Below are positions 27,300 through 37,284 of a stretch of DNA of 64,000 nucleotides, piece after piece. The DNA comes from Macrostomum lignano (Eukaryota): positions 350 to 64,349 of the forward strand of contig NIVC01003025.1 of assembly GCA_002269645.1 (NCBI GenBank). The letters run 5' to 3'. Within the stretch, counting starts at the first letter, position 1, and every line of letters begins with the position of its first letter. The notes below the pieces were generated by a model that ran no database searches, had not been told where the DNA came from, and saw only the letters and a list, made by a program, of their open reading frames with translations. The position numbers and the translations under genes are program-made.

Positions 27300-28857
27300 T
27301 GGCCACCTCGTGAAGGTGGGGGAACAATCGGCCAGCGCTTACAGCTTAGTGTGTCAACGGGCTGAATGATTCTATCGTCATATTTGACGCTTAGAAGCAT
27401 GAGTCAGCCAACCATATTGTTTGGCACAGCTGGGTGTCTAGACGGAGACTGTGGCATGGTTCCAAATAGCTCTAACTGGCCCAGTATGCAAAGCAGCTTT
27501 CCTATTAAGATAGACGCTAATCCGATTTTTGTCGGTGCATGCTCCATTGGTTTGTCTAAGGCGTTTGCAGTTGCACCAGCCGAGAGCAGATCAAGTCAAG
27601 AGAGTAGTCGTTACAGACCATGTCGGTAATCTTGTCGAGATTTAATAAATCCTCGAACAAGTCAAGGGAGTAGTCGTTACAGACCATGAGTGTCGGCAAT
27701 CTTGTCAGCCACTTTTTCCGGAGGGTGTCACTGCTTCGAACGACGCAGTTGATGACGCCGTTGGACGATCGTCCATCGCACTAGCGACATCTGCAACGCC
27801 AAGTCGGTTGGATATTACCGTTGGCGCACGGGATTGCGAAAACAATCAGGTAAGAGTTTCCAGCGTAGTCGGCATTTCGTGGACGCAACGAAGCCAGCGC
27901 CGAGCGAGCCGGCGCACCAGATGATACACAATTCACTTTGTCTCCGGTCTACGAGCAGCCGATCAACGAAAGCCAGTTGATTCCGGACGACGACTATGCT
28001 ACGAATGACAATTCTATCGATGTATGTTCTATCACCTGTATGTACATTGCTGTTTCTTTATAACTGTGTATATTTTGGGGAAACTGCCTTCCATCGCCAT
28101 TTAATTTAACTTTAATATTGCAGAGTCGTTCCATTGCGCAGGCATATAATGCAAGCCCCCGTCAGTGGTCTCATTAATCGCCTTCCACGCGCGCGACCCG
28201 ATCTTTCAAACGTCTGGCTCACGCATCGACTGCCATCAGAGTGGCGTCCGAGTACAGCAGGTCCGACCTGCGACTCAGCACCAGCTCGCAGCAGATCACC
28301 AATTCAGTAGTATCAATTAGTAGCCACAGTATAAGTAGGTCTACTTATAACTCGACTGTCGAAACTCATACGTATGCCACGCTGTTCTCCAGAAGTTTTC
28401 GTTCCTGTTGAGCTTGTTCCTGTTCCTTGTTTAGTTTGTATAAGGCGCTTACAAAGTACAACCCGCTGTTAAATATAGAGATGCTACTCATAAAATCTTG
28501 AAACACCAACTTCTTATATGCATCTTTACTGCAAAATTTGATGTCAATGCCTTCCGGCTTCTTTCGCATGGATTACCCGACTGTTACCTGGTCAGCGAAT
28601 CCTGTTTGCCAGACAGGATAACAAACAAGATAACAAACAGGATAACACGATGTTTCCCTGCAGGATTCGCATGAATTACCCGACTGTTACCTGGTCAGCG
28701 AATCCTGTTTGAATCTTGTTTGAAACAAGGAAACGTAAGATTTCGTCACGCAAACAAGATTCATACAAGATAACATTTTGCATAACCGGAATAGGGCATG
28801 TTATCTTGTTTGAGCGAATGTTATCTTGTGGTGTTATCTGGTTTATTTACCAGAGGG

Positions 28858-29365
28858 TCTGCTACCACACAATCTACCAATCAGTCTGCTACCACACAAT
28901 CTACCAATCACTCAACTACCACACAATCTACCAATCACTCAACTACCACAAAATCTACCAATCACTCAACTACCACACAATCTACCAATCAGTCTGCTAC
29001 CACACAATCTACCAATCAGTCTGCTACCACACAATCTACCAATCACTCAACTACCACACAATCTACCAATCACTCAACTACCACAAAATCTACCAATCAC
29101 TCAACTACCACACAATCTACCAATCAGTCTGCTACCACACAATCTACCAATCACTCAACTACCACAAAATCTACCAATCACTTAACTACCACACAATCTA
29201 CCAATCACTCAACTACCACACAATCTACCAATCACTCAACTACCACACAATCTACCAATCACTCAACTACCACGCAATCTACCAATCACTCAACTACCAC
29301 ACAATCTACCAATCACTCAACTACCACACAATCTATTAATCACTTAACTACCACACAATCTACCA
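28858..29365. repeat. 27-bp minisatellite, right half (same array as 13912-14455)
   Basis: About 19 units of the same sequence, starting exactly after the right TIR. Confidence 0.97.
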
Positions 29366-29398
29366 GTGTTCCAAACAGGCCACAAGACCGGGCCCCAC

Positions 29399-29746
29399 CT
29401 GCGGAGGAAACATCCAAGCAACGCTGGCCTCCACCCCGGCCAGCCTGTCCACACCGGACTGGTGTTCATTCGACGGCGGCTGCATCAGCATAGCTCTGAG
29501 ATCCGGCGACAGAACGCGGCTGATGTCGCTGGCGCTTTGAGCACGACGATGAGTCGTAGCGCCGAGTCCGGCGCTTCCACTGGCACCGCCGCCGCTATAG
29601 TCGATATTGACATCTGGCACGCTGGCGGACAGACTGATCTGCGTCATCTTCATCTGCCGCCCAGCTGCTGCGGTGTCTTCAGCTGAGCGGTTGTCGACTG
29701 GCAACACGGCCGGCTCAAAAGCTGTTGCTGATTTCCGCTTGTCCAT
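29399..29746 (-). CDS. CDF transporter, exon 1
   Basis: ATG at 29746; donor CAG|GTGGGG (phase 0) joins the phase-0 acceptor at 13856. The four exons total 1542 nt = 513 aa plus stop. Low-complexity N-terminus, linked to the gene mainly through the split array and splice phase. Confidence 0.72.
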
Positions 29747-30289
29747 TTTTAATGGATTTATGAGCGCAGATAATTATGAATAATTGCGATAATTGTACAG
29801 AAAAATGAGGCGAATGTGAAAGTTTCAGCTGTAAAGATTAAAAAGAAAAAAATTATTAATTTCTAATTATCAATTCGAAACTAATTACTCGACGAAAATT
29901 GCCAAACTTAAGAAATCAACTAAGTTAACAAAAATCTACGCACGCGTATGAAATATATTAATAGCAGTAGAACCAATTGAACATAGTTTGCTTTTTGCTT
30001 TACTAAATTCCAAAATGCATCCGGCAAGACCAGAAAAAACATATTTTGTAGCAAAAAGAAGCGAAAAAAAGATAAAAAACCTTTGTCGTCGAGATAGCTG
30101 GAAAATATCGTCATACTACTGCTAAGTAGCACCAATGCCGACTAATAATGAAGATAAATCATGTAAATGATAAGTAAATCATGCATAGTAATTAAAACTA
30201 GACTTGTTTTTAATGCGTACGAAAACTCAATGCAATTCTAGCAGATTAGAAAGTAGGCATTCAGATTCAAGTTGCAAATCTGGGCTTAA

Positions 30290-31515
30290 GGTAGTGAGTT
30301 GACTGCTCAGACTGATGAGGCAGTTGAGAATGCAGGAGCTCAGTTAAATGCTCAGACTGATGAGGCAGTTGAGAACACAGGAGCTCAATCAGCTGACTGC
30401 TCAGACTGATGAGGCAGTTGAGAACGAAGGAGCTCAATCAGCTGATTGCTCAGACTGATGAGGCAGTTGAGAACGAAGGAGCTCAATCAGCTGATTGCTC
30501 AGACTGATGAGGCAGTTGAGAACGCAGGAGCTCAATCAGCTGACTGCTCAGACTGATGAGGCAGTTGAGAACGCAGGAGCTCAATCAGCTGACTGCTCAG
30601 ACTGATGAGGCAGTTGAGAACGCAGGAGCTCAATCAGCTGATTGCTCAGACTGATGAGGCAGTTGAGAATGCAGGAGCTCAATCAGCTGACTGCTCAGAC
30701 TGATGAGGCAGTTGAGAATGCAGCAGCTCAATCAGCTGACTGCTCAGACTGATGAGGCAGTTGAGAATGCAGCAGCTCAATCAGCTGACTGCTCAGACTG
30801 ATGAGGCAGTTGAGAATGCAGCAGCTCAATCAGCTGACTGCTCAGACTGATGAGGCAGTTGAGAATGCAGCAGCTCAATCAGCTGACTGCTCAGACTGAT
30901 GAGGCAGTTGAGAATGCAGGAGCTCAATCAGCTGACTGCTCAGACTGATGAGGCAGTTGAGAATGCAGCAGCTCAATCAGCTGACTGCTCAGACTGATGA
31001 GGCAGTTGAGAACGCAGGAGCTCAATCAGCTGACTGCTCAGACTGATGAGGCAGTTGCGAATGCAGCAGCTCAATCAGCTGACTGCTCAGACTGATGAGG
31101 CAGTTGAGAATGCAGCAGCTCAATCAGCTGACTGCTCAGACTGATGAGGCAGTTGAGAATGCAGCAGCTCAATCAGCTGACTGCTCAGACTGATGAGGCA
31201 GTTGAGAATGCAGCAGCTCAATCAGCTGACTGCTCAGACTGATGAGGCAGTTGAGAACGCAGGAGCTCAATCAGCTGACTGCTCAGACTGATGAGGCAGT
31301 TGCGAATGCAGCAGCTCAATCAGCTGACTGCTCAGACTGATGAGGCAGTTGAGAATGCAGCAGCTCAATCAGCTGACTGCTCAGACTGATGAGGCAGTTG
31401 AGAATGCAGCAGCTCAATCAGCTGACTGCTCAGACTGATGAGGCAGTTGAGAATGCAGGAGCTCAATCAGCTGACTGCTCAGACTGATGAGGCAGTTGAG
31501 AACGCACGAGCTCAA
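30290..31515. repeat. 49-bp minisatellite GCTCAATCAGCTGACTGCTCAGACTGATGAGGCAGTTGAGAATGCAGCA between RAD17 and CDF
   Basis: Period 49 measured (30541 to 30590); about 25 copies. Confidence 0.97.
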
Positions 31516-31519
31516 TCGC

Positions 31520-31750
31520 AGGGGCGGTGGAGTCGTATCTGAGGCGTGCTGGAGTCGCTGTAGACTCACTGAGTTGCGAACTTTATGAATTCGAATCATA
31601 TTTCGAACTGATAACAACTCCATTTAGTCTACTTGAGTGACTCAAAAGTCGCCTCTCCATCGCATTACTGTCGCTTGAGTCGTTAAAAAGTCACAAGAGT
31701 CACTAGTGAGCTGTTTGCAGTGACTCTTGTCACGGTAACATTTTCAACAG
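31520..31750. mobile_element. Partial copy of a GAGTCG/CGACTC-rich MITE-like repeat
   Basis: Two blocks align with about 35070-35175 and about 35890-36035 (GAGGCGTG.TGGAGTCGCTGT; AGTCGCCTCTCCATCGCAT; CTTGTCACGGTAAC.TTTTCA). Confidence 0.6.
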
Positions 31751-31791
31751 GATAGAACAAACTCTGTTCGGTATTAGAATCTGCGCCTGTC

Positions 31792-32214
31792 TTAGTCATC
31801 ATCATCCTCAATGGTGGCCTCCAGCTCCAGGTCGGGCTCCGGGCAGATCACAAACTGAGCACCGCCGCTGCCGCTCCGAGCAGCAGCAGCCGACCTCGCC
31901 GAGGCGGCCAGCCCGGAGCGGAGGCACGCAGGGGTGTAGAAGGCATCCACTCCGGTCCTGGCCGCGGCGGCGGTGGCCCAAGTGGCGGCTGGCGGCAACT
32001 TGTGCGGCTTTCGAATCGGTAGAAACCGGTTGGGTGCGCGGTTCGAACCGACCAGGCGGCAGACGAGAGACCGGCTGGCCAGAGAGATGGCCTGCGGCTT
32101 CGCGTCCGACTCGGTGGTCCAGGCGGCCGAGAGCCGGTCGGCCAGGCTGAAGTCGTCCGACATTCGGGCTAAGGGTTCAACAGCCTCGCTGGAGAAGTGC
32201 ACTGCAGCGTTGGC
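31792..32214 (-). CDS. RAD17: RAD17 checkpoint clamp loader, exon 4
   Basis: Acceptor cttccag|GCC (phase 0); ends in the acidic tail EATIEDDDD-stop. Confidence 0.75.
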   Translation of the reverse strand, partial: ANAAVHFSSEAVEPLARMSDDFSLADRLSAAWTTESDAKPQAISLASRSLVCRLVGSNRAPNRFLPIRKPHKLPPAATWATAAAARTGVDAFYTPACLRSGLAASARSAAAARSGSGGAQFVICPEPDLELEATIEDDDD

Positions 32215-32396
32215 CTGGAAGAGATCAATAACCGGGACAATGAGAGGATGGTTGGTTAGTTAATTTGCAGGGGCTTCGGGAACTGCCGCAAATCAAAAGC
32301 TGCTGCATACCTGTGGCTAGACCCCGGTCCATACGCCAAGAGCCGCTATAATAGCAAGACCCCTGACTTCCTAATCGATTAAAACACGGTCCTCAC

Positions 32397-32780
32397 CTGA
32401 ACAAAGGAGAGCAGCAGGTCAACGGGTAGGCTGCAGCGCTCGGACACAACTTCAGGTTCATCAACAAGAGGCGCAAGGCCGCTGCTGCCTGGTGCCGTCT
32501 CGACTCGTTTAGCGTGCAGCAGTTTGCCGACAGCGTGGAACAGCTGATAGGGCGTGTCTCTGAACAGCACCGATTTGGCCACGCTGCCTGCACTACTGCC
32601 AGCAGTGCATAGCGCGAATTGCAGGCTAAACTGCAGTCCGGATACGGCGGCTCGAATGTCACCGTCGGCAGCGGCGGCCACGGATTCGATTAGCGACTTG
32701 TAGGAGGCTGGGCGAAGGTGGCGCTTAGTCAGGATGGCGTTTAGACTGCGGATTAGCTGGGTGCGAGCCACCGGATTGAC
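32397..32780 (-). CDS. RAD17: RAD17, exon 3
   Basis: ccccag|GTC...CAG|GTGAGG; VNPVARTQLIRSL, GDIRAAVSGLQF, LFHAVGKLLHAKR and EPEVVSE match Rad17 motifs. Confidence 0.88.
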
Positions 32781-32889
32781 CTGGGGATTACAGCGGTTCG
32801 AGACTTCAAGATGAGACTTCAGATCTGACACATCACATACTCAAAGTGAGACTTCAAATCTAACAAATAAAATACTCAGAAGCCACAAC

Positions 32890-33147
32890 CTGCACTAAGG
32901 TCGCATTATTGTCCTCCAGCCAGTCCCTGGGCAACAGGCGGTCATTGCAGCTGATCAGTACCAGGCACACATCGCGGCATCTGGCCAGAAACTCGTCTAG
33001 CAGAGCCCGCAAAGCTGCAGTGTCGCCAGACGATGAGCCAAACTTCAGATGCTGCTGCTGCTGCTGGTCGGCAAATGAAAGTGACAGAGTCGGCTCGTCC
33101 CACACGATGACGCGGGCTTGGCGGAATCTGGCCAGGCGAATCAAGGC
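32890..33147 (-). CDS. RAD17: RAD17, exon 2
   Basis: cctag|GCC...CAG|GTTGTG; VIVWDEP is the Walker B-like position. Confidence 0.8.
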
Positions 33148-33407
33148 CTAGGATGGGGTAATAGCATAGATGATGAGATAATAGAGAGAGATTAGAGATA
33201 CAGGTATAATAGACGGAAATTAGAGAAGGGAGAATAATAGAGGGAGATTAGAAATGAGGAGAGAGAGAGAGAGAGAGATTGAGATAAGAGGCTATTACAG
33301 GGAGAGAAGAGATAACAGGAGAATAATCCACACGGACACTGACAGCAACACCCACGCCGGCTAGAAACGCCCCAGCACTGATTATACGAGGCCTGTGCTC
33401 CTCTCAC

Positions 33408-33878
33408 CTGCATGGCCTCGGCCGGGCCGTTAGCGCAGGCGTCCAGCTCCTCATCCAGGTAAGCCGAGCCCAGCCGCAGGCGGTCGCACAGCAGCCGCAC
33501 AGCAACGGACTTTCCCGCTCCGCACGGGCCGTGCACAAAGACCAGCCGAGGCCTGGAGCTCAGACAGGCCTCCAATTCTAGCAATTTCTTTTTGTGCAAG
33601 CAGAGCTCCTCTGTGCTAGCCGGTCCGTACCTGTCAGTCCATAACTGGCTTCGCTCTTCGGACGCTCTGTCCGCCGCCTGCCTGCCGAGATCGTCGTCAG
33701 GGCAGAGCCACAGCCGGCGGGCCGGCGTAGCAGCCGATGGCGGCGCCTGCTCGGAGCGCTGGCGGGAGATGGCGAGGCCGCCACCGCCGCTCCTGAAGGT
33801 GTCAAAAGCGGAGCAACTGGCGGACGGTGGCAGCTCCAGCCGCAGGCGCGGTCGCTTTGGCGCAGACGAAGAGGACAT
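33408..33878 (-). CDS. RAD17: RAD17, exon 1
   Basis: ATG at 33878; LWTDRYGP..EELCLHKKK and Walker A VHGPCGAGKS; donor CAG|GTGAGA. Spliced product about 511 aa. Confidence 0.88.
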
Positions 33879-34864
33879 GCTGGTCGAATAGTTAATATTA
33901 TTACTTTTATTATAGATCTGATTGATTAATCGCTTCACGATGGCATCTGTAACATGGTATTGAAATTAATGGACAAGATGTAATTTTTTTACGTTACCTG
34001 CTAATTGGATCAGCAATAATGTACATTGGCCAGTCCACTGAAATGTACATGGCAGCTTTAGGCTGGAATTCCGAGAAAGGCAATAAAAATTGGGGCGGGG
34101 CGGGGAAAGTGTTGGAAAGGTGCGGTTGGAGGGTTTAAGAGCCAATAAATGAGCCTTGGCTTTAAAAGTACATTAAAATGCTTCTGTTTAACTTGCTACT
34201 GAACTGGAAGTAGTTTACACGCTAATGTGCTGAGTGGCCCATCTAGTTAGTCTAGTAGTATCTGTGAATATAATTTCATAATTGCGTATAAAGTAAAAAA
34301 TTAAGGGAGCCGTAGCCTTGTGCTCTAGCTCGATTCTAAGTGCAGTCGCATTAATTTGGGGCTACATTGGAATCTCGGCTTGGCTCTGCTCGTGCAATTA
34401 ACTCCCTTGAGGGCCAACCCCCAAGGCACAGTGAAGTGTACATGCCTAACGATAAATAAATTTACAGCCGCTGTACACTCCTGTGTGTGTGTGTGCCTGT
34501 GCGTATGACTGCGTACGTGACAATGTCGCTAAAAGTTCCCACTGCCTCTAATACAAAGTAAAATAAGAGAAAAATTACCGGTAAAAACAGCTGCACATTA
34601 TATTGTTTGAAAAAATTACATAACCACTACGGGACGGATTATGAAATAGATAAAAGATAAAAATCACAGCAAATGTGAAATCGCGTTTACACTGACACAG
34701 TGTAATCATATATCGTTAGAATTAATTAGCAATGTAAAAAACTTATACATACTCGTTATAGAATAGAGATAGACAAATGTGAAGTAAAGAAGGGATATTC
34801 AAAAATGTGAAGTAAAGAAGGGATATTCAAAAATGTGAAAAAAAGTTTAGCAAACTTTAACATA

Positions 34865-36040
34865 GGTCGATGAAAACGGTACCTACGCCAAGAAGCGTCA
34901 TTGAGTCACTTGCGTCGCCCCAGAGTCGTTGGAAGTAACACAGGTAAAATAGGAAAGAAGTGACTCCAGATGACTCTTTAAAACAACGAGACGTCACGGT
35001 ACAAGTCGCTAAAGAGTCGCCTAAGAGTCAATATGAGACGTTTTATTGTCTGCGACTCTGGGGCCGTAGAGTTATATCCGAGGCGTGTTGGAGTCGCTGT
35101 GGAATCACTGAGTCGCGTTTTCAACTTACGAATTGAAAAAAACAACTCTATTCGTCTACCCGTGAAGTGACACATTTTGGCTCTAGAAAGTTCCCATTGG
35201 AATGTATTTTAACCAACGAATGCGCTCCAACTAGCAAAAGCTGAGGACACGACCCCAACCTCAACCAATGAAAAACAGTTATGTACCATCCAATGCGATT
35301 AAGACTGAAAAGTACTATAAAAGCTCATGTTAACCAACCAAGAAGCTCGCGCCTCCCTGGCCTCGCCTCTCTTTCGCCTCTCTTCTCCCTTCTCGCTATT
35401 CTAACTACTTTTGATTGACACTGCCAGGGTCTCGACCCAAACACTAAAACTGATAAATTGACTCACTAAAACTAAAACAACAACCAACCCACGTTCCACA
35501 ATAGACTGAACCTTCGGTTCCCCCGAACACTTAGAAACCCCTTGGAACTCGAACAAAACGAGCTTCTTATTTGGAATTCCATCTTAGACCTTATATTTTT
35601 TAAGATAACATCTCGAGATTGTGACCATCAAATACAACGGTCTGTAAGTTACCATCGGCATCAAGTGTTTGCATCATCAGGAAAAGTCAGTTGAATCCGC
35701 CGCCTCAGTTATTTGGCTCTCACATTGATATTTGAAGTAGAAAAAGAGCCATAGAAGTGAGAGACCAGAAGAAGAACAATAACCCACATATTTTAAAATA
35801 TTTCGCCTAGAAAGTTAATTGCTAACACAAAAACTTCTGGACGACTATTTTAACGATTTTACAACTCACGTGATACGCTTGTGACTCAACAGTCGCCTCT
35901 CCATCGCATCACAGTCGTTTGAGTTGTTAAAAAATCCGAAGAGTTGCCCTAAAGTCGCTAGAGTTCACTGATGAGTTGTTTAAAATGACTCTTTAAACAG
36001 ATTTTTAGCGATTCTTGTCACGGTAACGTTTTCAGCTGGT
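34865..36040. mobile_element. Longer copy of the GAGTCG-rich MITE-like repeat, split by a ~0.7-kb insert
   Basis: Imperfect terminal inversion TGAAAACG(G/T)TACC at about 34871 and 36022-36035; its two halves match 31520-31750. Confidence 0.5.
35175..35870 (+). mobile_element. Possible solo LTR inserted in the MITE-like repeat
   Basis: Absent from the 31.6-kb copy; CCAAT boxes (about 35266 and 35290), TATAAAAG (about 35316), then a pyrimidine-rich tract. LTR ends and TSD not defined. Confidence 0.3.
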
Positions 36041-36307
36041 ACGTTTTAGCCAACGACAGACGTTATATACAGTGTGTTTTTCACATCGATCCATGCGAAA
36101 GGCGGTTCGAAAAACTATCTGACGCCTGGCGAACTATAGGGACGGGAACTCGGAATAGACGAGAGCCTTCCAAGTAAAGTATAAATAAGCGACCTTGACG
36201 CGTTAGCAAAATACAAATTCATAGACCATGAACCCAGACTGCACAAATATATGCTTGTTAGGGAATAATAAGATGAAAATGACGCAGCTAAAATAATAGG
36301 TGAAGCA

Positions 36308-36442
36308 CTAGAATCCGCTCTGGTCGTCTTCTGAGTCCCATTCGCAGTGCTCGACTGTGCCCGCATCGGCGCTGAAGTCCACCTCCTTGTCGTAGATGTA
36401 GCCAGGGTCACCCGGTTTCAACTGGTGCTTCTCGAATTCTTC
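36308..36442 (-). CDS. CEP19: CEP19, exon 4
   Basis: ttttgcag|GAA; EEFEKHQLKPGDPGYIYDKEVDF..CEWDSEDDQSGF-stop matches the CEP19 C-terminus. Confidence 0.9.
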   Translation of the reverse strand, partial: EEFEKHQLKPGDPGYIYDKEVDFSADAGTVEHCEWDSEDDQSGF

Positions 36443-36670
36443 CTGCAAAATTGCCCAGGAAGGCAAGGCACAGATATTGGACCAATACGATAAGAGGAGG
36501 GCGTGTGCTCAGCTGTACTTGACTTTAGAATGGCACAGAGGTGCTTAATTGGAAAAGGCCCAGCCTTTAATTATTCTAATAGCTGAATCAACACGATAGG
36601 AAAACATAACTAATCCAAATTCAAAGGATTGAAATGAAATTATTAAATATGCCTATTTTAAAGTGCAAGT

Positions 36671-36850
36671 GATGGGAAGAAACCGCAAAACATCCCAATG
36701 ATAGGATGGGAAAACTGCAAAATATTCCAATGATGGGATGGGAAGAAGCCGCAAATATCCCAATGACGATGGGAAGAAAGCGCAAAATATCCAAATGATG
36801 GTGGGAAGAAACCGCAAAACAGCCTAATGATGATGGGAAGAAACCGACAA
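36671..36850. repeat. Degenerate ~33-bp tandem repeat (GATGGGAAGAAACCGCAAAA..) in CEP19 intron 3
   Basis: About 5 imperfect units. Confidence 0.8.
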
Positions 36851-36883
36851 AAAAACCCAATTATGAAGACCCAGTTGCCGCAC

Positions 36884-37087
36884 CTGCATGGCAGCCTTCT
36901 TCCTCTGCAGTGTCTCCTCGTCAACTTTGTTAAGATCCTCTAGCGGATCGATTTGCTCCATCTGGCGCTGTTTATCCAGACTCTGCTCTTTGCTGAGGCC
37001 GTTCACTGTCACATCGCGCAGGATGGACAGCAGGCGTTCGAGCTGCAGCTGGCTGAGCTGACAGATGAGATCGCCGTGTCGCTTGTC
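36884..37087 (-). CDS. CEP19: CEP19, exon 3
   Basis: ctgtag|GAC...CAG|GTGCGG; QLERLLSIL..IDPLEDLNKVDEETLQRKKAAM. Confidence 0.9.
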
Positions 37088-37284
37088 CTACAGAGACAAT
37101 TTAGTATTTGGTAATTGTAACCAAATATTGTTTGCTGACTTTTTAAAAGATACTACGCGAAAATAATGCTACCTATAAGGTAAATAGACACAAAATCACT
37201 ATCTTTTTGTGTTCTAATTGCATGAAAAGTTAGTATATTCTTTGATAATTAAGTTCGCCTGCTAATTTTAATATCGAAGTAAGC

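Larger units (their letters stand above)
16621..27343 (-). mobile_element. RTE-clade-like non-LTR retrotransposon (about 4.1 kb), interrupted by the CACTA element
   Basis: 12-bp TSD GCTTAGTGTGTC at 16609-16620 and 27344-27355; 3' (GAA)n tail at about 16621-16639 on the minus strand; single APE+RT ORF. Confidence 0.92.
14456..28857. mobile_element. Outer TIR DNA transposon with CCC...GGG ends (EnSpm/CMC-like, apparently non-autonomous; about 3.7 kb without nested inserts)
   Basis: Perfect 37-bp TIRs CCCTCTGGTAAATAAACCAGATAACACCACAAGATAA at 14456-14492 and 28821-28857. 2-bp TSD TC at 14454-55 and 28858-59. Removing the element restores the array unit aatcagTCtgctacc. Superfamily is inferred from the 2-bp TSD and subterminal repeats. 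Confidence 0.9.

Noticed and set aside
24100-27365. Numerous plus-strand ORFs of 60-170 aa
   Set aside because: Antisense shadows of the retrotransposon ORF.
30290-31515. Hammerhead ribozyme in the 49-bp satellite (ctgc-TC-aga-CTGATGA-ggcagttga-GAAy-gcag)
   Set aside because: CUGAUGA and a plausible stem III are present. But stem I is only 3 nt (aga), GAAA is GAAC/GAAT, and the G10.1-C11.1 pair is absent from most copies. Unlikely to be active; Infernal with hammerhead models would settle it.
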